This document shows, one piece after another, positions 43,184-56,860 of a stretch of 64,000 bases of DNA (position 1 is the first letter of the stretch; each line of letters opens with the position of its first letter). Source of the DNA: Eledone cirrhosa (Eukaryota); NCBI GenBank assembly GCA_964016885.1, contig OZ024747.1:20274001-20338000 (forward strand), written 5' to 3'. Below the pieces are notes generated by a model. It saw only the letters and a program-made list of their open reading frames with translations. It was not told where the DNA came from and ran no database searches. The translations under genes were made by a program, and so were the position numbers.

Positions 43184-44528
43184 CTAGCAGTTTAGCCCGG
43201 CGTTGCTCGGGTTTGTTCATTTGCTAGGAAAAGTTGCATACAGGTAAACGTGGCTTGAAAGCGAATAAGCTAATCAATTAAGTGCATAAAGCAGTTGAAC
43301 CGGTTATTAAAAGTTACGAACCAATTAGCATTTTGGACAATCAATGATGGGTTAATAATCTTCCAATAGCGAATTTAGCAGACCAAAGTTGCAAGATGGT
43401 GGCCCTGATGCCGCTGGGTGTCAGATCTGTCCGCCATGGGTGACAGGTACCAGGAAACAGTTTTCCAGACGGCATAGCTCCAACACCTCCAACACCTGCA
43501 CGAACATCTATAGCACCTCTTTGTAGACGATATTGCGTGTCATCCCTTGAGGAGTGTAAGCAAAATGTCCATTCCTGCTCCCTACGCGCGAACAGGCAAC
43601 CTAAAGTTGGCCATGGGAGAAGCATGGCTCCCCCAAATGGATGCCCGCCACCGACAATGTTTGCCCTTGTGACTTGTTAATGGACATGGCAAAACATGGT
43701 CTCACCGGAAATCGTACGGGATATCTGACGCCGAGAGGAAAAGGTTCATCCTTGGCAGTGTATTCGGCAGATTTGGCAGAAGTACAACACTATGGGTGTT
43801 GTCATATTAATATTTAACCAATGAAAGTCGTAAAAAATAAATAATTTAAACATTCCGATTCATATGTCTAAAGCATTAATCTGTTATAGAGAGGAGGAAT
43901 AATCTATTATAGAGAGTGGGAAGAGCGATGGAGAGAGTAAAGCTAAGAAACTATAGGGATGTGTGTAAAACAGTGTTGTTATATAGAGAGTGAAGAGCGA
44001 CAGAGAGAGTAAAGCAGTTAAATTATAGAGAGGGGGAATAGTCTATTATAGAGAGAGGGAAGAGCGACGGAGAGAGTAAAACTAAGAAACTATAGGGAGG
44101 TGTGTTAAACCTCAAAGCGTGAAGATAGTAAAGCAGTTAAATTATAGAGAGGGGGAATAATCTATTATAGAGAGAGGGTAGAGCGACGTCGAGAGCGTTA
44201 TAACTATGTTTGTTGCTGTATAAAATGATGTATTGCTTAGTTTTCAAAGTTTATGTCGCATTCCTGAACAAAGTTTTGTCGTTGTTGGGTAGTAGAGAGA
44301 GTGAATAAGCGTGAATAAGTGAATAAGCGTGTATTTAGTTTTATAGATTTTTTTCATAGAAGCAGGAAATACTTGGCAAAGTTTATTACGCGTTGACCAT
44401 CGTTGGTAAATTTGAAGCACATTGGAAAATTGGAAAAAAAAAAAATCAAAATCGGTAGAGAAATGTGGAAAAGCATAAAAATCATACACACACACAGACA
44501 TACATCTTCCGTTTTATATATAGAGAGA
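43184..44528 (-). mobile_element. Non-autonomous Helitron
   Basis: Minus strand starts A|TCtctctatatataaaac and ends with hairpin cccgagcaacgccggg plus CTAG|T; contains a helicase remnant and a purine-rich internal tandem repeat (~43885-44195). Confidence 0.85.
43508..43717 (-). pseudogene. Helitron PIF1-like helicase C-terminus with one in-frame stop
   Basis: VRFPVRPCFAMSINKSQGQTLSVAGIHLGEPCFSHGQL*VACSRVGSRNGHFAYTPQGMTRNIVYKEVL*. Confidence 0.9.
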
Positions 44529-45897
44529 TGATAGAATGTTTACGTCTGAAACGCCTTTGAATATATTATGAATAAACAAGTGTAATCAGCAGTAATACCA
44601 ATCCATGTTAGCGCTTGTTATTACAAATAGTATCAAAATATCCCTCAAGTTACATAACGGCATCTTAAATCGTGAAATATTCAACGCTGCATTTGTCATA
44701 CAAAAGACGCAATATTCTTATATAGAATTTTGTTGACCTGTGCTAAACACCAGGTAGCAAGTAAGAAATAGTCTGCTTTATTACTTCGAAAAATGTTCCA
44801 GCTAATCTTCACATAGCCATTTGTTAATCATTAAAATTAAACTGTAAGGTCATTAGCGAGATAATTAGTAGGTTTGCTGATTAAATATTCATTGAAAAAC
44901 AGTGAGACATTTCTAAACGTATGTACGATAAATATATATGTAATACGGAAATATTATTATTCAAAAGAATATAGAATCAAATAGTTTTCGTTTACATTTT
45001 TTTCAATACATAATTAATGATTACTTTTCATGATTCCAAGAAATCAACTACTTATTTAAGGAAAAGTAAATATAAACATATAGTAATATCTAGGATGGGG
45101 CTGATGGTGTCGGTGATGGTGGTAGTGGTTGTTATGATGTTGATGCTAAAGTCAATGATTATAATGACAACGATGATGATGATGATAATAATAATAATGA
45201 TAATGATGATGATTGTAATGTAGGTGATTTTATTGGTCACTTTAGTGATGATGGTATTTGTAATGATGAATGTGGTATTGGTCAAAAATATGATGACGGT
45301 GATGTATTTATTGATTTTCTTGATGATGTGAAAGATGTCGAAGATGCGGAAGATGAAAAGAAATTCTTGCTAAAACAGGAGACAAACCATTAAAGTATGT
45401 CTCATAATGTCTACAATAATATTCTAATTATCTCGTTCAAATGTTATATATAATTGTCTAACGATAGATATTAAAGAAGCAACCAAGCAATGTTGCTGTA
45501 TAAATGGGAGGCATGGGATTATCCAAGATTGACTTGAATATGGACGGATATTTTAAGATAATATACCAGATATCTTGTTAGGGTATCTCAAAAACAAGCA
45601 ATGTCTGATACTGAACATTTAGCACACCTCTGTATGGTTGATCAACGTGTTAGAAATAACAGCATGTTTCACTTCTCGTATACCCTACAGTCACAATATA
45701 TGGGAATTCCGTAGTTCAAAAGAATTATAGTTATATAAATGACAGCAAAATTAAGGATGTGTTTGTTTCATATTAATACTATTCAATCAGAAACACTATG
45801 GTGCGCGCATTCTTCTTCGTTGAATACAGGAGCCTTATTCCAACTCTCTTGTAATTGTCTCATTTTATATATTTATGAAATATTAATGTTATATATG

Positions 45898-46079
45898 TCG
45901 TGAAATGGCAGTATCGGTAGAGGGTTGGAGGCCATGCTTTCTAGCATAGTTACGCCCCTTTACAGTCCGAGTTCAAATCCCGCCGAGGTTGACTTTGCCT
46001 TTCATCCTTACGGGGTCGATGGAATAAAGTACCAGTAATGTACTGAGTAATTGCTGACCTTGTGCCTTAAGTAGAAACA
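45898..46079 (+). mobile_element. tRNA-derived SINE with a ~15-bp TSD
   Basis: attaatgttatatat on both sides. Confidence 0.88.
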
Positions 46080-46338
46080 ATTAATGTTATATATATCGTT
46101 ATAAATATTCGCAGATGGAAAGACAAAGGATATAGTACGATAGTATATACTCATGTACCCTCATGCTTGCTTACAATGTAAAGTCATATATCATTACCCT
46201 TATTTTGCAATGCAAAGAAATATCATCTACTTCCATTCAACGTGGAAAAATTGATGTATTTTCATTGGATACCCGAGTGCTGTATTGCTTTACTCTTTAC
46301 TACAGCATTAATGCTTAATATTTCCCACATTCATGTTC

Positions 46339-47169
46339 TGTGGGACTAGAGTTGTTGCTAAAAAATATTGTAATCATTATATATCGTACATTCTGTGGCA
46401 TCCTTTATAAAAATAGCTTAAACCAACGAAGCCTTTATTTTTACGCTATTTCACTTAGTTAATTCTTAGAGTGTAACATATAAAAATATGATTTACAACT
46501 ATAAAATAAATTAATTAATATAATAACAGAGCTGCGGAGCTGAAATTTGTGAAATAATGGAGTATCGGATCCTGAGTTGGAGCCAGTCAATTTTGGGCCG
46601 ACTCCGCAGCCCTGTATAATACATTTCATATTAAAGTTATTAATAAACCTATTTTACACTGCATGCAAATTACCATGAGATATTGATATTAGATATAAGA
46701 TACAGCGCAATATCTACAGCTGTAAAAGTACGAAAGCGAAGTAATAATAAGTGGCTTAAGGTAATTCCAATATGAAAGTTTGTAGTGATAAAAATTTGAT
46801 AATGCAATACGATTGTTAATATTATAGTTCTATGAAAATGTAACAATAGATAACTAAATTATTTTACTATTAGTATATTTAAGAAATTATCATTATAGAT
46901 TTGATCGTTCATATAAGCATCATATTAATTTTCAACACAATTATTTTGTTACTATGAGTATATGATAATAATATTACGTAATTATTTATAGCTGTTATTA
47001 CATTAAACATAGATGTATTTATTTTTATATGTTACACTCTAAGAATTAACTAAGTGAAATAGCGTAAAAATAAAGGCTTCGTTGGTTTAAGCTATTTTTA
47101 TAAAGGATGCCACAGAATGTACGATATATAATGATTACAATATTTTTTAGCAACAACTCTAGTCCCACA
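46339..47169. repeat. 150-bp apparently perfect inverted repeat enclosing ~530 bp (foldback/MITE-like)
   Basis: 46339-46488 versus 47020-47169. Confidence 0.85.
46527..46614. mobile_element. hAT-like mini-MITE
   Basis: TIRs cagagctgcggag / ctccgcagccctg; near-identical 8-bp flanks tataataa / tataatac. Confidence 0.7.
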
Positions 47170-47784
47170 CTTTTGAAGGTTTATTATAACATTCTGTGGC
47201 ACTTTTGAGCTTGCGCATTTTTCATGTCTAGTTTAATATTTTTTTAAGGCAACGCTTGTAATAACTCTAGTTAAACAGGATATATATTAATAATAAATTA
47301 TCGTTGTAATGTAATTAGATTATGTAATTGTTATTATAAATTATCTTATAAATATTAGTGTAAGATGTATAAAAATATTTTCAGACTTTTAATATAAACA
47401 ACTACAAAAAACAATCAATATTAAATCAATATATTATACATAATAGAAAACATAAAATAAACAATACAAAAACAAAATATTTACATACAATTGCAATTAT
47501 CAGTGTATATACATTTTCTTTATATTCCCTGAGCAAATTAATAAGATTTGTTTTTATTGTACATAATTTGATGACTTGTTGGAGTGTATTAAAAGATAGC
47601 AACAATTTGTGATTAAATTGTTATCTTAAGCAACTCACTTTTTAATAGTTGTTGGCTGAGCGAAATTGTAAAAGCCTATGAGCAAATATAAAAAAAAATA
47701 CACAAACAACATTTCCTTGTGTTATTACAACATTAGATAAAATAATTGAGCAATGTCGTTATATTTTGCTCTTATTGCACATTA

Positions 47785-47955
47785 ATAGTGTTTCTATTTT
47801 TCGGCACAAATCCATTACGGCAGTCCATTACTGGTACTTTATTTTATCGAATTAGTAAGTATGAAAGTCGAAGTTAACCTCGGCAGGATTTGAACTTAGA
47901 ATGCAAAGGACCATAACAATACTGCAAAGCATGGTGTCTGACGCTCTACCAATAC
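47785..47955 (-). mobile_element. Diverged SINE
   Basis: Reverse consensus match. Confidence 0.75.
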
Positions 47956-48424
47956 TTGTGTTGAGCTGGTCATTAATTTATGGTGGTCGTGCGTGGAGTA
48001 GAGCAATCGCTAGTTGAAATATTATGAACAAAACATTTTTATTTGCCCAAGAACATATTTTCAATACTGTTTGTGAATGTGACGAAGGAAATACATTCTG
48101 ATATGGAACAGTGTACAAAGTGTGTCTGTGAATAACATAATGTTACCTCATGTTGTTGTCAAGACATAATGGATTTCGTATATCCAGTTAGAAGATGAAA
48201 CCTAGCCATCTCGGATTAGTTATGTTTCATGCCATGTGTAAACGTGTTTGAGGATAGCAAAATATGCGTGTTTCTTGTCTGGAAACTTTCTGCTAAACTG
48301 ATTGGTTTCGTTTTTGGCACTATACCATGCTCATCCAACAGATAGCTGTATTGGATCCTTGATTGGTTAATATTTAGGTGAGGGTGCTTGATGCAGAGTT
48401 AGTGCAAAATGGATCAATGAGTGT

Positions 48425-49076
48425 AATAATAATAATGATAATAATAATGAAAATATTGTGTACAATGCTGAGGTGCACTACAACTCATCAAAAGTGCATA
48501 TATAATACATAGGGTAATATAAAAACGTCAGGAAAAAAGAACAGTGCATGAGTCATGATATACACATATGTGCATGTGTATGGAAGGGGGACATCAGGTG
48601 TAGTTTTGGTGTATTTCGGAATGTATGATGGTTTTAAAGGATGCAGTGTGTCATCAGCTAACAACTGATGCAGGAAGTTTGTTCCATCCTTCAGCAACTC
48701 TGAGCATGAAGAAATATTTCCTAAAGTCATGGGAGCTGTGTTGTTTTCTGACTTTGTAGGCATGTCCACGTGTTAGACACATGGAGATCAAAAATGTGTT
48801 CGGGGTTGTTGTTGGTCGGATGGTTAATAACTTTGTGGGTGTTTACCAAGTCCATTGCCAGAGGGAAGCAAAATATTCAGGGTATGGTAGGTGTCTGATG
48901 GAGGGTATGCGCTTGGTTGCATGTCTCTGAACAGTTTCCAGGAGGTCAATGTTCTGAGCAAGATAGGGGTTCCAGACTGATGACGCGAACTCCAAGTGTA
49001 TTCGTACCATAGATGTATACAGCTTTAAATAGATGGCTGGAGAGCAGCTAATGAAGGTCTTGCTGATTGATGCCAA
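48425..49076 (-). mobile_element. CR1-like LINE 3' fragment, same family as 20398-22005
   Basis: High similarity to 20400-21077; (TAT)n tail. Confidence 0.9.
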
Positions 49077-49288
49077 GTCAATCTTAATAAATTGACTGAT
49101 TTATCTGTTCACTACTGCTAATCCACCGCTGTTTGTACAATTTTTTAGATAATGTCAATTTGAGCTTGAATCATTGGCGTAATGAAATTTGAAAAGATTA
49201 TAAGCAAATCTTTTTTAAAATACACAGACAACATTTAACTGTATCGTTGCAACATTAGATCTAATAATGGAGCAACATTTGTGCAGAA

Positions 49289-49753
49289 TTATTGTTTGTG
49301 TAATAAGATATTTGCAGATCTGTACTTGGTCTGCTCTTTAGCCAACTCGGTACGTTTAGAAGCTCTACGCTCGGCTTGCTTTTGAGATATAATAGCTGAA
49401 TTTGCAGATCTATACTTGGCCTGCTTGTTTGCCAACTCATACCGTTTTGAACATCTATACTTGGCCTGTTTTTGTGTTAATTTAGCAAAATTCACAGCTC
49501 TATAATCGGCCTGTTTTTGTCTCAACTTCTCCCGATTCCGCATCCGGTAAGCTGCTTTCACATCCAATTTAATACGCCCATCTAGATTATTAGCACAGGA
49601 ATGTGAACAAGCTTGTGGGACCGCATCATTGTAAGTATATGAACTGCTTGCAACATCAAGACCCAATTCACAAGTGCAGCGTAGCTCATTCACATCGGCA
49701 GTGGGGACACCAAAATCAGTGACAGGTCTCGATTCACTCGCGAGATACATCAC
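49289..49753 (-). CDS. ORF with five 15-aa basic helical repeats; probably a transposon-derived fragment
   Basis: KLRQKQADYRAVNFA/KLTQKQAKYRCSKRY/ELANKQAKYRSANSA/IISQKQAERRASKRT/ELAKEQTKYRSANIL; 45-bp periodicity. Confidence 0.4.
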   Translation of the reverse strand: MMYLASESRPVTDFGVPTADVNELRCTCELGLDVASSSYTYNDAVPQACSHSCANNLDGRIKLDVKAAYRMRNREKLRQKQADYRAVNFAKLTQKQAKYRCSKRYELANKQAKYRSANSAIISQKQAERRASKRTELAKEQTKYRSANILLHKQ

Positions 49754-49781
49754 AGCTACACTATATATTTAAACATATATA

Positions 49782-49845
49782 CAGTGATACCTCGCTACTT
49801 GGCGGTTCAACTATCGCGGATTCACGATTTCGCGCATTTTTAGAA
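49782..49845 (+). mobile_element. pogo/Tigger-like terminal fragment
   Basis: TA|cagtgatacctcgctacttggcggttcaactatcgcggattc; partner TIR not seen. Confidence 0.45.
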
Positions 49846-49919
49846 TATATATATGAACACCTAAAATTTTTCATTAAATCCATTAACATAGTAATAATAA
49901 ACACAGTTCTAATCATACG

Positions 49920-49956
<37 letters not shown>

Positions 49957-50037
49957 TAAGTAATTAATACCGTATAAATGGCTGTTTATGTAAAATGTAT
50001 TTCTCAACAGAGTATTGAATACTTAGGAGAAATTCAA

Positions 50038-50249
50038 AACGAAGAGTGATAAAATTTCAAGCAAAGAGTTTAATTAGGTAATGACTTACAAATTTGTTTC
50101 AGTATATAGACAAAGCCTGAAGCGCTAATTATAATAATTAGTTAATAATATTACAAAATATATTAATATTATATTAAATATATACTGAAACAAATTTGTA
50201 AGTCATTACCTAATTAAACTCTTTGCTTGAAATGTTATCATTCTTCGTT
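50038..50249. mobile_element. ~70-bp inverted repeat carrying a hammerhead 3' half
   Basis: 50038-50109 / 50180-50249; GAAA-caaatttg-TA-agtc. Confidence 0.65.
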
Positions 50250-50524
50250 GAGAGAGAGAGAGAGATTTATCTAGTCCTTCGCTCAAGATTAATCTATAAG
50301 TTTAGATGTCTGCCTTCGTTTAAGTAAATATTACAGTAAGATTTTTAATATAAACAACTACAAAAAACAATTAATATTAAAACGAAAAAATTATCAATGA
50401 TAAAAGAAGCGGATGCAACTTTTTTTTTTATAAAGTTATATTCCTGTTTCTTTAAAGAACATTTCATTTTTGTTCTATTGTAGGCGAAATAATGCAATGG
50501 TTTAATAGGGAAGATATAACTTAC

Positions 50525-50565
50525 CAATTATGTCTCTAACCGTGTAACGCTTTTTAAGTAGATAA
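50525..50565 (-). CDS. Candidate 41-bp exon (YLLKKRYTVRDII)
   Basis: ttttcaattgtag| ... TTG|gtaagt; one open frame; link to the downstream exons unproven. Confidence 0.35.
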
Positions 50566-51289
50566 CTACAATTGAAAATACTAAAGAAATGGAACCAACA
50601 ATTCAATTTGAAAGTCGTCTACTTATAGTGACAGTGTATTACTGGTACTTTATTTTATCGACCCCGTAATGATGAAAGGCAAAAATACAAATGCTTAAAA
50701 TTTAAATTGCCTTAATTCTATCGTCTGCTGTTTCATTAAAGGGAGATTCTCGTCTGTATTTAATTCTATCGTCTACTGTTCCACTAAACAGATATACCTC
50801 CACTATCGTCTCTATTTATACATTTTAACTTATAACTTATACACATTTGATTTGAAATATTTTATCTAGTCCCCCCTCTCAATATTATGATGATTTCTTT
50901 CGAATGAAACAGTTCTAGTCCTGTAGAAGCCATTTATATATATAATTGAACTGAGTTAAAAATTCACAATATTTATAATTAAATAAGCTCACATATAAAT
51001 GTGTGTATTTATCTGTTTATTGTATTATATATAATGTGTGTATATACAGGATGTCCCCCAAAATTATATACACACTTCAACAGCATTCTAATAACTATTG
51101 CCTGTACAGGTAATCAAAGTGTCAATCGAATGTTAGTTTCGTGTTTTAACAGTACAAATTTACAATACACACATAAAACCAGTGTATATACATACATGAG
51201 TGTGTATACACATACATGAATGTGTATATACAATATATATGTATATATATATAGACACATATATTCACGGTGCAACGGAACATTAAAAT

Positions 51290-51605
51290 ATAGATGCGGG
51301 AGGGGGGGGGGGGGGTATATATAGGGGCGCTGGGGATAAAGGAGTGTAAAGCGTGTGTAATTGATATATTGAAGGAGAGGAGCGTGCAGCGATAGAGTAA
51401 CAAATATATAGAGAGGGGGAGAGATGGTATTGAAGGGGAGGAGTGCAAAGCGAAAGAGTAAGAGAGATATATATAGAGACGGAACAGATAGAGAGAAACA
51501 GGCGTAAGTAACAGTGGAAGAGATATATAGAGAGGGGGGAAATGTGTTATTGAAGGGGAGGAGTGTAAAGCGAAAGCGTAAGATATATATAGAGAGAGGG
51601 AGAAT
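51290..51605. repeat. Purine-rich degenerate tandem repeat
   Basis: tgaaggggaggagtg(c/t)aaagcgaaag units recur. Confidence 0.6.
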
Positions 51606-51726
51606 AGTATATATATATATATATATATATCAACACTTACTCTGATTGGTTGAAAATTAGCCAATGACATACGATCACCACCACCACGGCTATCCCCGGA
51701 AAATTTATGAAGAAGCTAGGCATATA

Positions 51727-51781
51727 TGTTAGAACACGAAAAGTGAACATTCTGTTGTTTTACACTTTTCGTGTTCTAACA
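51727..51781. repeat. Hairpin with 19-bp arms next to (TA)n
   Basis: tgttagaacacgaaaagtg / cacttttcgtgttctaaca. Confidence 0.75.
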
Positions 51782-51794
51782 GATATATATATAA

Positions 51795-51862
<68 letters not shown>

Positions 51863-51867
51863 ATAAT

Positions 51868-51975
51868 AATTGTTTCTACTTTAGGCACAAGGCCAGCAAT
51901 TACCCAGTACATTACTGGTACTTTATTTTATCGACCCCGTAAGGATGAAAGGCAAAGTTAACCTAGGCGGGATTA
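51868..51975 (-). mobile_element. 5'-truncated SINE
   Basis: Reverse consensus match to the 3' half. Confidence 0.85.
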
Positions 51976-52220
51976 ACTTTATATATAGTAATAATAATAA
52001 TATATATATTTGTGTGTATATATATATACGCACACATATATATATATATACATATATATATATACGCACACATATATATACATACATATGTATATATATG
52101 TGTGTATATACGCACACATATATATATACACACATATATATACATATGTATGTATGTATGCATGTAGTACCACAGGTTGCGCAGGTAATGAAACTGTTGC
52201 TAATATATATATATATATAT

Positions 52221-52356
52221 AAGAGAGTATTGAAATATTTCTTCTACACACTATACATCTCATTTTACATTCACTTACATCTCTCTCTTCACTACCGAAT
52301 CTTGTTACCGGGAGAATTAGCCATCTGCATTGTTGAGGCTTCCAAAACGAACTAAG

Positions 52357-52357
<1 letters not shown>
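52221..52357 (+). mobile_element. Family B fragment
   Basis: Matches 12670-12800. Confidence 0.75.
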
Positions 52358-52403
<46 letters not shown>

Positions 52404-52405
52404 TC

Positions 52406-52957
<552 letters not shown>

Positions 52958-53035
52958 CGTGTGTGTGTGTGTGTGTGTAGCACCACAAGCGGCACTGGTA
53001 ATGAAACTGTTGTTAATATATATATATGTATGTGT

Positions 53036-53101
<66 letters not shown>

Positions 53102-53370
53102 CATCACAGGTGGCACAGGTATTGCAGCTGGTAGTTTAGATAGAAAGCAGATATTTCTAATATTTTCCCACAATTTTATCAATATCTCGAGAATTTTACT
53201 GTTAATATTTCCTACAAATTAACGCTATGTGTATGAATACCTGTCAACGTTACTTTATTGCAAATGTAAGATTTGGCTTAGAGTTTCCCATAGAAATAAA
53301 GTTCTTGTGATATCAAATTCTATGTGTTAAATAAAATATTTCCCGTTTTACATATTTATTCCTCCATATA

Positions 53371-53418
<48 letters not shown>

Positions 53419-53442
53419 ATACATATATATTTAAATATATAC

Positions 53443-53473
<31 letters not shown>

Positions 53474-53541
53474 CATATATATATATATATATACATACAT
53501 GTATACACACACAAACACGCACACACACACACATATACATA

Positions 53542-53616
<75 letters not shown>

Positions 53617-53851
53617 CTGTATATATGTGTGTGTGTGTGCGTGTTTGTGTGTGTATACATGTATGTATATATATATATATATATATAGATAGATATAGAT
53701 ATATGTATATGCAAGTGTGTGTGTGTATTTATCAATAAATACTTTTAAACAATGCATCTTTAAAATAGCTATTAGAAATTGAAATATCTATTAATGACAT
53801 ATGTGCATGCATATAATAATACACATACATATGATGTGGGTGTGGGTATGT

Positions 53852-53931
<80 letters not shown>

Positions 53932-54323
53932 TTATCTATGTCTATTTAAATGTATTTTAATGCTGTTATATGAAAAAGTAAAAAATTAAATTTTAACTGA
54001 AGTATGAATTCTTTACATGAAATAGATATTAACATTTACGCTTTTTAATGTGTATATAATTGTGTGCGTGTGAGTATATATATATATTAAAAAAGGCTAC
54101 GTTTTCAAGTTATCGTAGAAACCTGTCAAATACTACAGCATCAACATTCAAATTAAATGTAAGTGGATATCTATGACTGTAATGAGAAAAGAAATGAACA
54201 AATAAAATTAGGGATTAACTTTTCATTTATCGAAAGGTAAGAACATAAAAATTCATAATTATTTGCAAGCTCAGGGACAAAAGGGAGACAGAGATATACA
54301 TATAGCAAATACCTACAAACATG

Positions 54324-54400
<77 letters not shown>

Positions 54401-54790
54401 ATATATATATGTATATATATATATATAAGTGTATATATGTGTATATATATATCCATATATATATATTGTTATATTTGGGATTTGTCTAAACATTGTTGAG
54501 ACAAATCACAGAGGCAATAAACATAAATGAACTCCAACCAAAATTAAATAGCAAACATGAATGGAATAGCAACATCACAACTTACAATTGCGGACAAAAT
54601 GAAAACACACACACACATAGAACAAACAACCAACCAGTAACATGTAAATAAACAAATAAATAAACAAATATAAACACACACAGACACCCGGATGTAACAC
54701 ATGCGCAAACTAAGCACGCAATACACACACAAACAAGATGGCGTAGGACAGAACAAAGGAGAGGCACAAAAGCAAAGAAAAGAATCTCCA

Positions 54791-54833
54791 GTCACTGAAG
54801 AGGTCACATGATGTGTGACGAAAGAACTTTGAC
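54791..54833 (+). ncRNA. Minimal type I hammerhead ribozyme (family N)
   Basis: gtca-CTGAAGA-g gtcaca tgatg tgtgac-GAAA-gaac-TT-tgac. Confidence 0.75.
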
Positions 54834-55026
54834 AATATATAAACAACCGTCCGGTTATGGAACCGACTAACCAACCGGAAATTTATAAATTCTTAAATTT
54901 ATAATAAATTGGAGTGAAAGCAGCTGGTGCGTGTCTTTCTTATTGGCAACATGACCCTCCCACAGTATCACAATATCGGTTTCAACACACGTTTTCAGAT
55001 AAAGAATCTTGCTAACCAAGTTCAGA

Positions 55027-55061
<35 letters not shown>

Positions 55062-55100
55062 GATATTAACAAATGGAAACTATATTTATAAAACCATATC

Positions 55101-55166
55101 TATTTTATTATACATATTTCAAGGATACCATGTTAAATTATGGTATGCTTTCATCAGACTAAATAC
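55101..55166 (-). ncRNA. Type I hammerhead ribozyme (family I, left arm)
   Basis: Reverse complement of the right-arm ribozyme. Confidence 0.75.
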
Positions 55167-55319
55167 AATATATACCAGTTTTATAAATAAATATTGACAT
55201 ACCCTTACAAAATGCAACCATTAGTTTTGGAAGACTTCGGGATAGTCTATCCCGAAGTCTTCCAAAACTAATGGTTGTAAGGGTATGTCAATATTTATTT
55301 ATAAAACTGATATATATTG

Positions 55320-55384
55320 TATTTTGTCTGATGAAAGCATACCATAATTTAACATGGTATCCTTGAAATATGTATAATAAAATA
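55320..55384 (+). ncRNA. Type I hammerhead ribozyme (family I, right arm)
   Basis: tattttgt-CTGATGA-aagc atacca taatttaaca tggtat cctt-GAAA-tatgta-TA-ataaaata. Confidence 0.82.
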
Positions 55385-55453
55385 GATATGGTTTTATAAA
55401 TATAGTTTCCATTTGCATATATATATATATATATATATGGATATATATATACA

Positions 55454-55527
<74 letters not shown>

Positions 55528-56038
55528 TATGTTTGTAGGTATTTGCTATATGTATATCTTTTGTCCCTGAGCTTGCAAATAATTATGAATCTTTATGTTC
55601 TTACCTTTCGATAAATGAAAAGTTAATCCCTAATTTATTTTTTCCTTACAGTCATACATATCCACTTAAATTTAATTTGAATGTTGTTGCTGTAGTTTTT
55701 GACAGATTTCTACAATAACTTGAAAACGCACCCTTTTTTAATGATGCTTCATAACATTTCTTGAAGCTGAACTAATTTCTTGAAGCTGAACTTACTTATA
55801 TTCTATTCAAATTTAACTCTAATGAAGATTTAGATTTACTTTCTTGTAATAAGTAGTTCATACGATTAACTTAAACCCTATAGAGCAAAACTATCAATTC
55901 GATAATTGTTACAAGATAATTTGCTCTGGATTATGGGGAGATATGTTTCTGTACTTAAGCAGTTCATGATTCATCAATTGGTCGTATATATATCTATATA
56001 TATATATATCTATATATCTATATGTATATATATATATT

Positions 56039-56229
56039 ACGAAGGAAATGTGGTAAGGAACCAGGTGGACCATAACGCACCAAAGTACTCAATACTTAGG
56101 GTAGTAGAGTGGGTAATAGGAACAAGTAAGACCCCGACGGCTGAGCTCAAGCCGTTTCGACGGCTAATTCTGTACTGAATTAGCCGTCGAAACGGCTTGA
56201 GCTCAGCCGTCGGGGTCTTACTTGTTCCT
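56039..56229. mobile_element. Family G palindromic element
   Basis: Palindrome ~56118-56229 centred near 56173. Confidence 0.8.
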
Positions 56230-56230
56230 G

Positions 56231-56315
<85 letters not shown>

Positions 56316-56503
56316 GTGTGTGGGTATGTATGTGTGTATATGTGTGTGTGAGAGAGAGAGTGAGATGAATAAATGTAAATGTAGATTCAAAAATATTTAT
56401 AGCAATAATATTCTAACTCATTGTAGTACCATCATATCTACATTAATTTTATTTCGTCTATTCATTCATTATATATATATATATTACCTGTATATATATA
56501 TAA

Positions 56504-56580
<77 letters not shown>

Positions 56581-56710
56581 GGAAAGTTATATTTAAATTG
56601 TTGGGTTAACAACGAGTAAATATTTATAACTGATATAAAAGCACTCAACAAGTATTTGGAGTATATTTATGATATTAAATAAATGGAAACTATATTTATA
56701 AAACCATATT

Positions 56711-56776
56711 TATTTCGTTATATATATTTCAGGGATATCATATTAACAATATGTTATGCCTTCTTCAGACAAAATA
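56711..56776 (-). ncRNA. Type I hammerhead ribozyme (family I, diverged copy within 56579-56820)
   Basis: Minus strand: tattttgt-CTGAAGA-aggcata...tatccct-GAAA-tatata-TA-acgaaata. Confidence 0.75.
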
Positions 56777-56860
56777 CAATATAAACAGTCTTATAAATAA
56801 ATAGATACGACATACCTTTCAATCACCTTGCATATGTATATATATATATATATATATATA

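Larger units (their letters stand above)
55061..55416. mobile_element. Family I ~350-bp near-perfect palindrome
   Basis: Centre cgggatagtctatcccg at ~55245; one hammerhead per arm. Confidence 0.88.
54086..55742. mobile_element. Family O inverted arms (54086-54328 / 55523-55742) enclosing family N and family I elements
   Basis: Arms are diverged reverse complements, e.g. ttagggattaacttttcatttatcgaaaggtaagaacataaa. Confidence 0.75.

Noticed and set aside
51047-51090. Mariner-like TIR start TA|caggatgtcccccaaaattat
   Set aside because: No partner TIR found, and too short to support a call.
54086-54145. Hammerhead in family O (tacg...cgta-GAAA-cctg-TC)
   Set aside because: No CUGANGA-like box in either arm.
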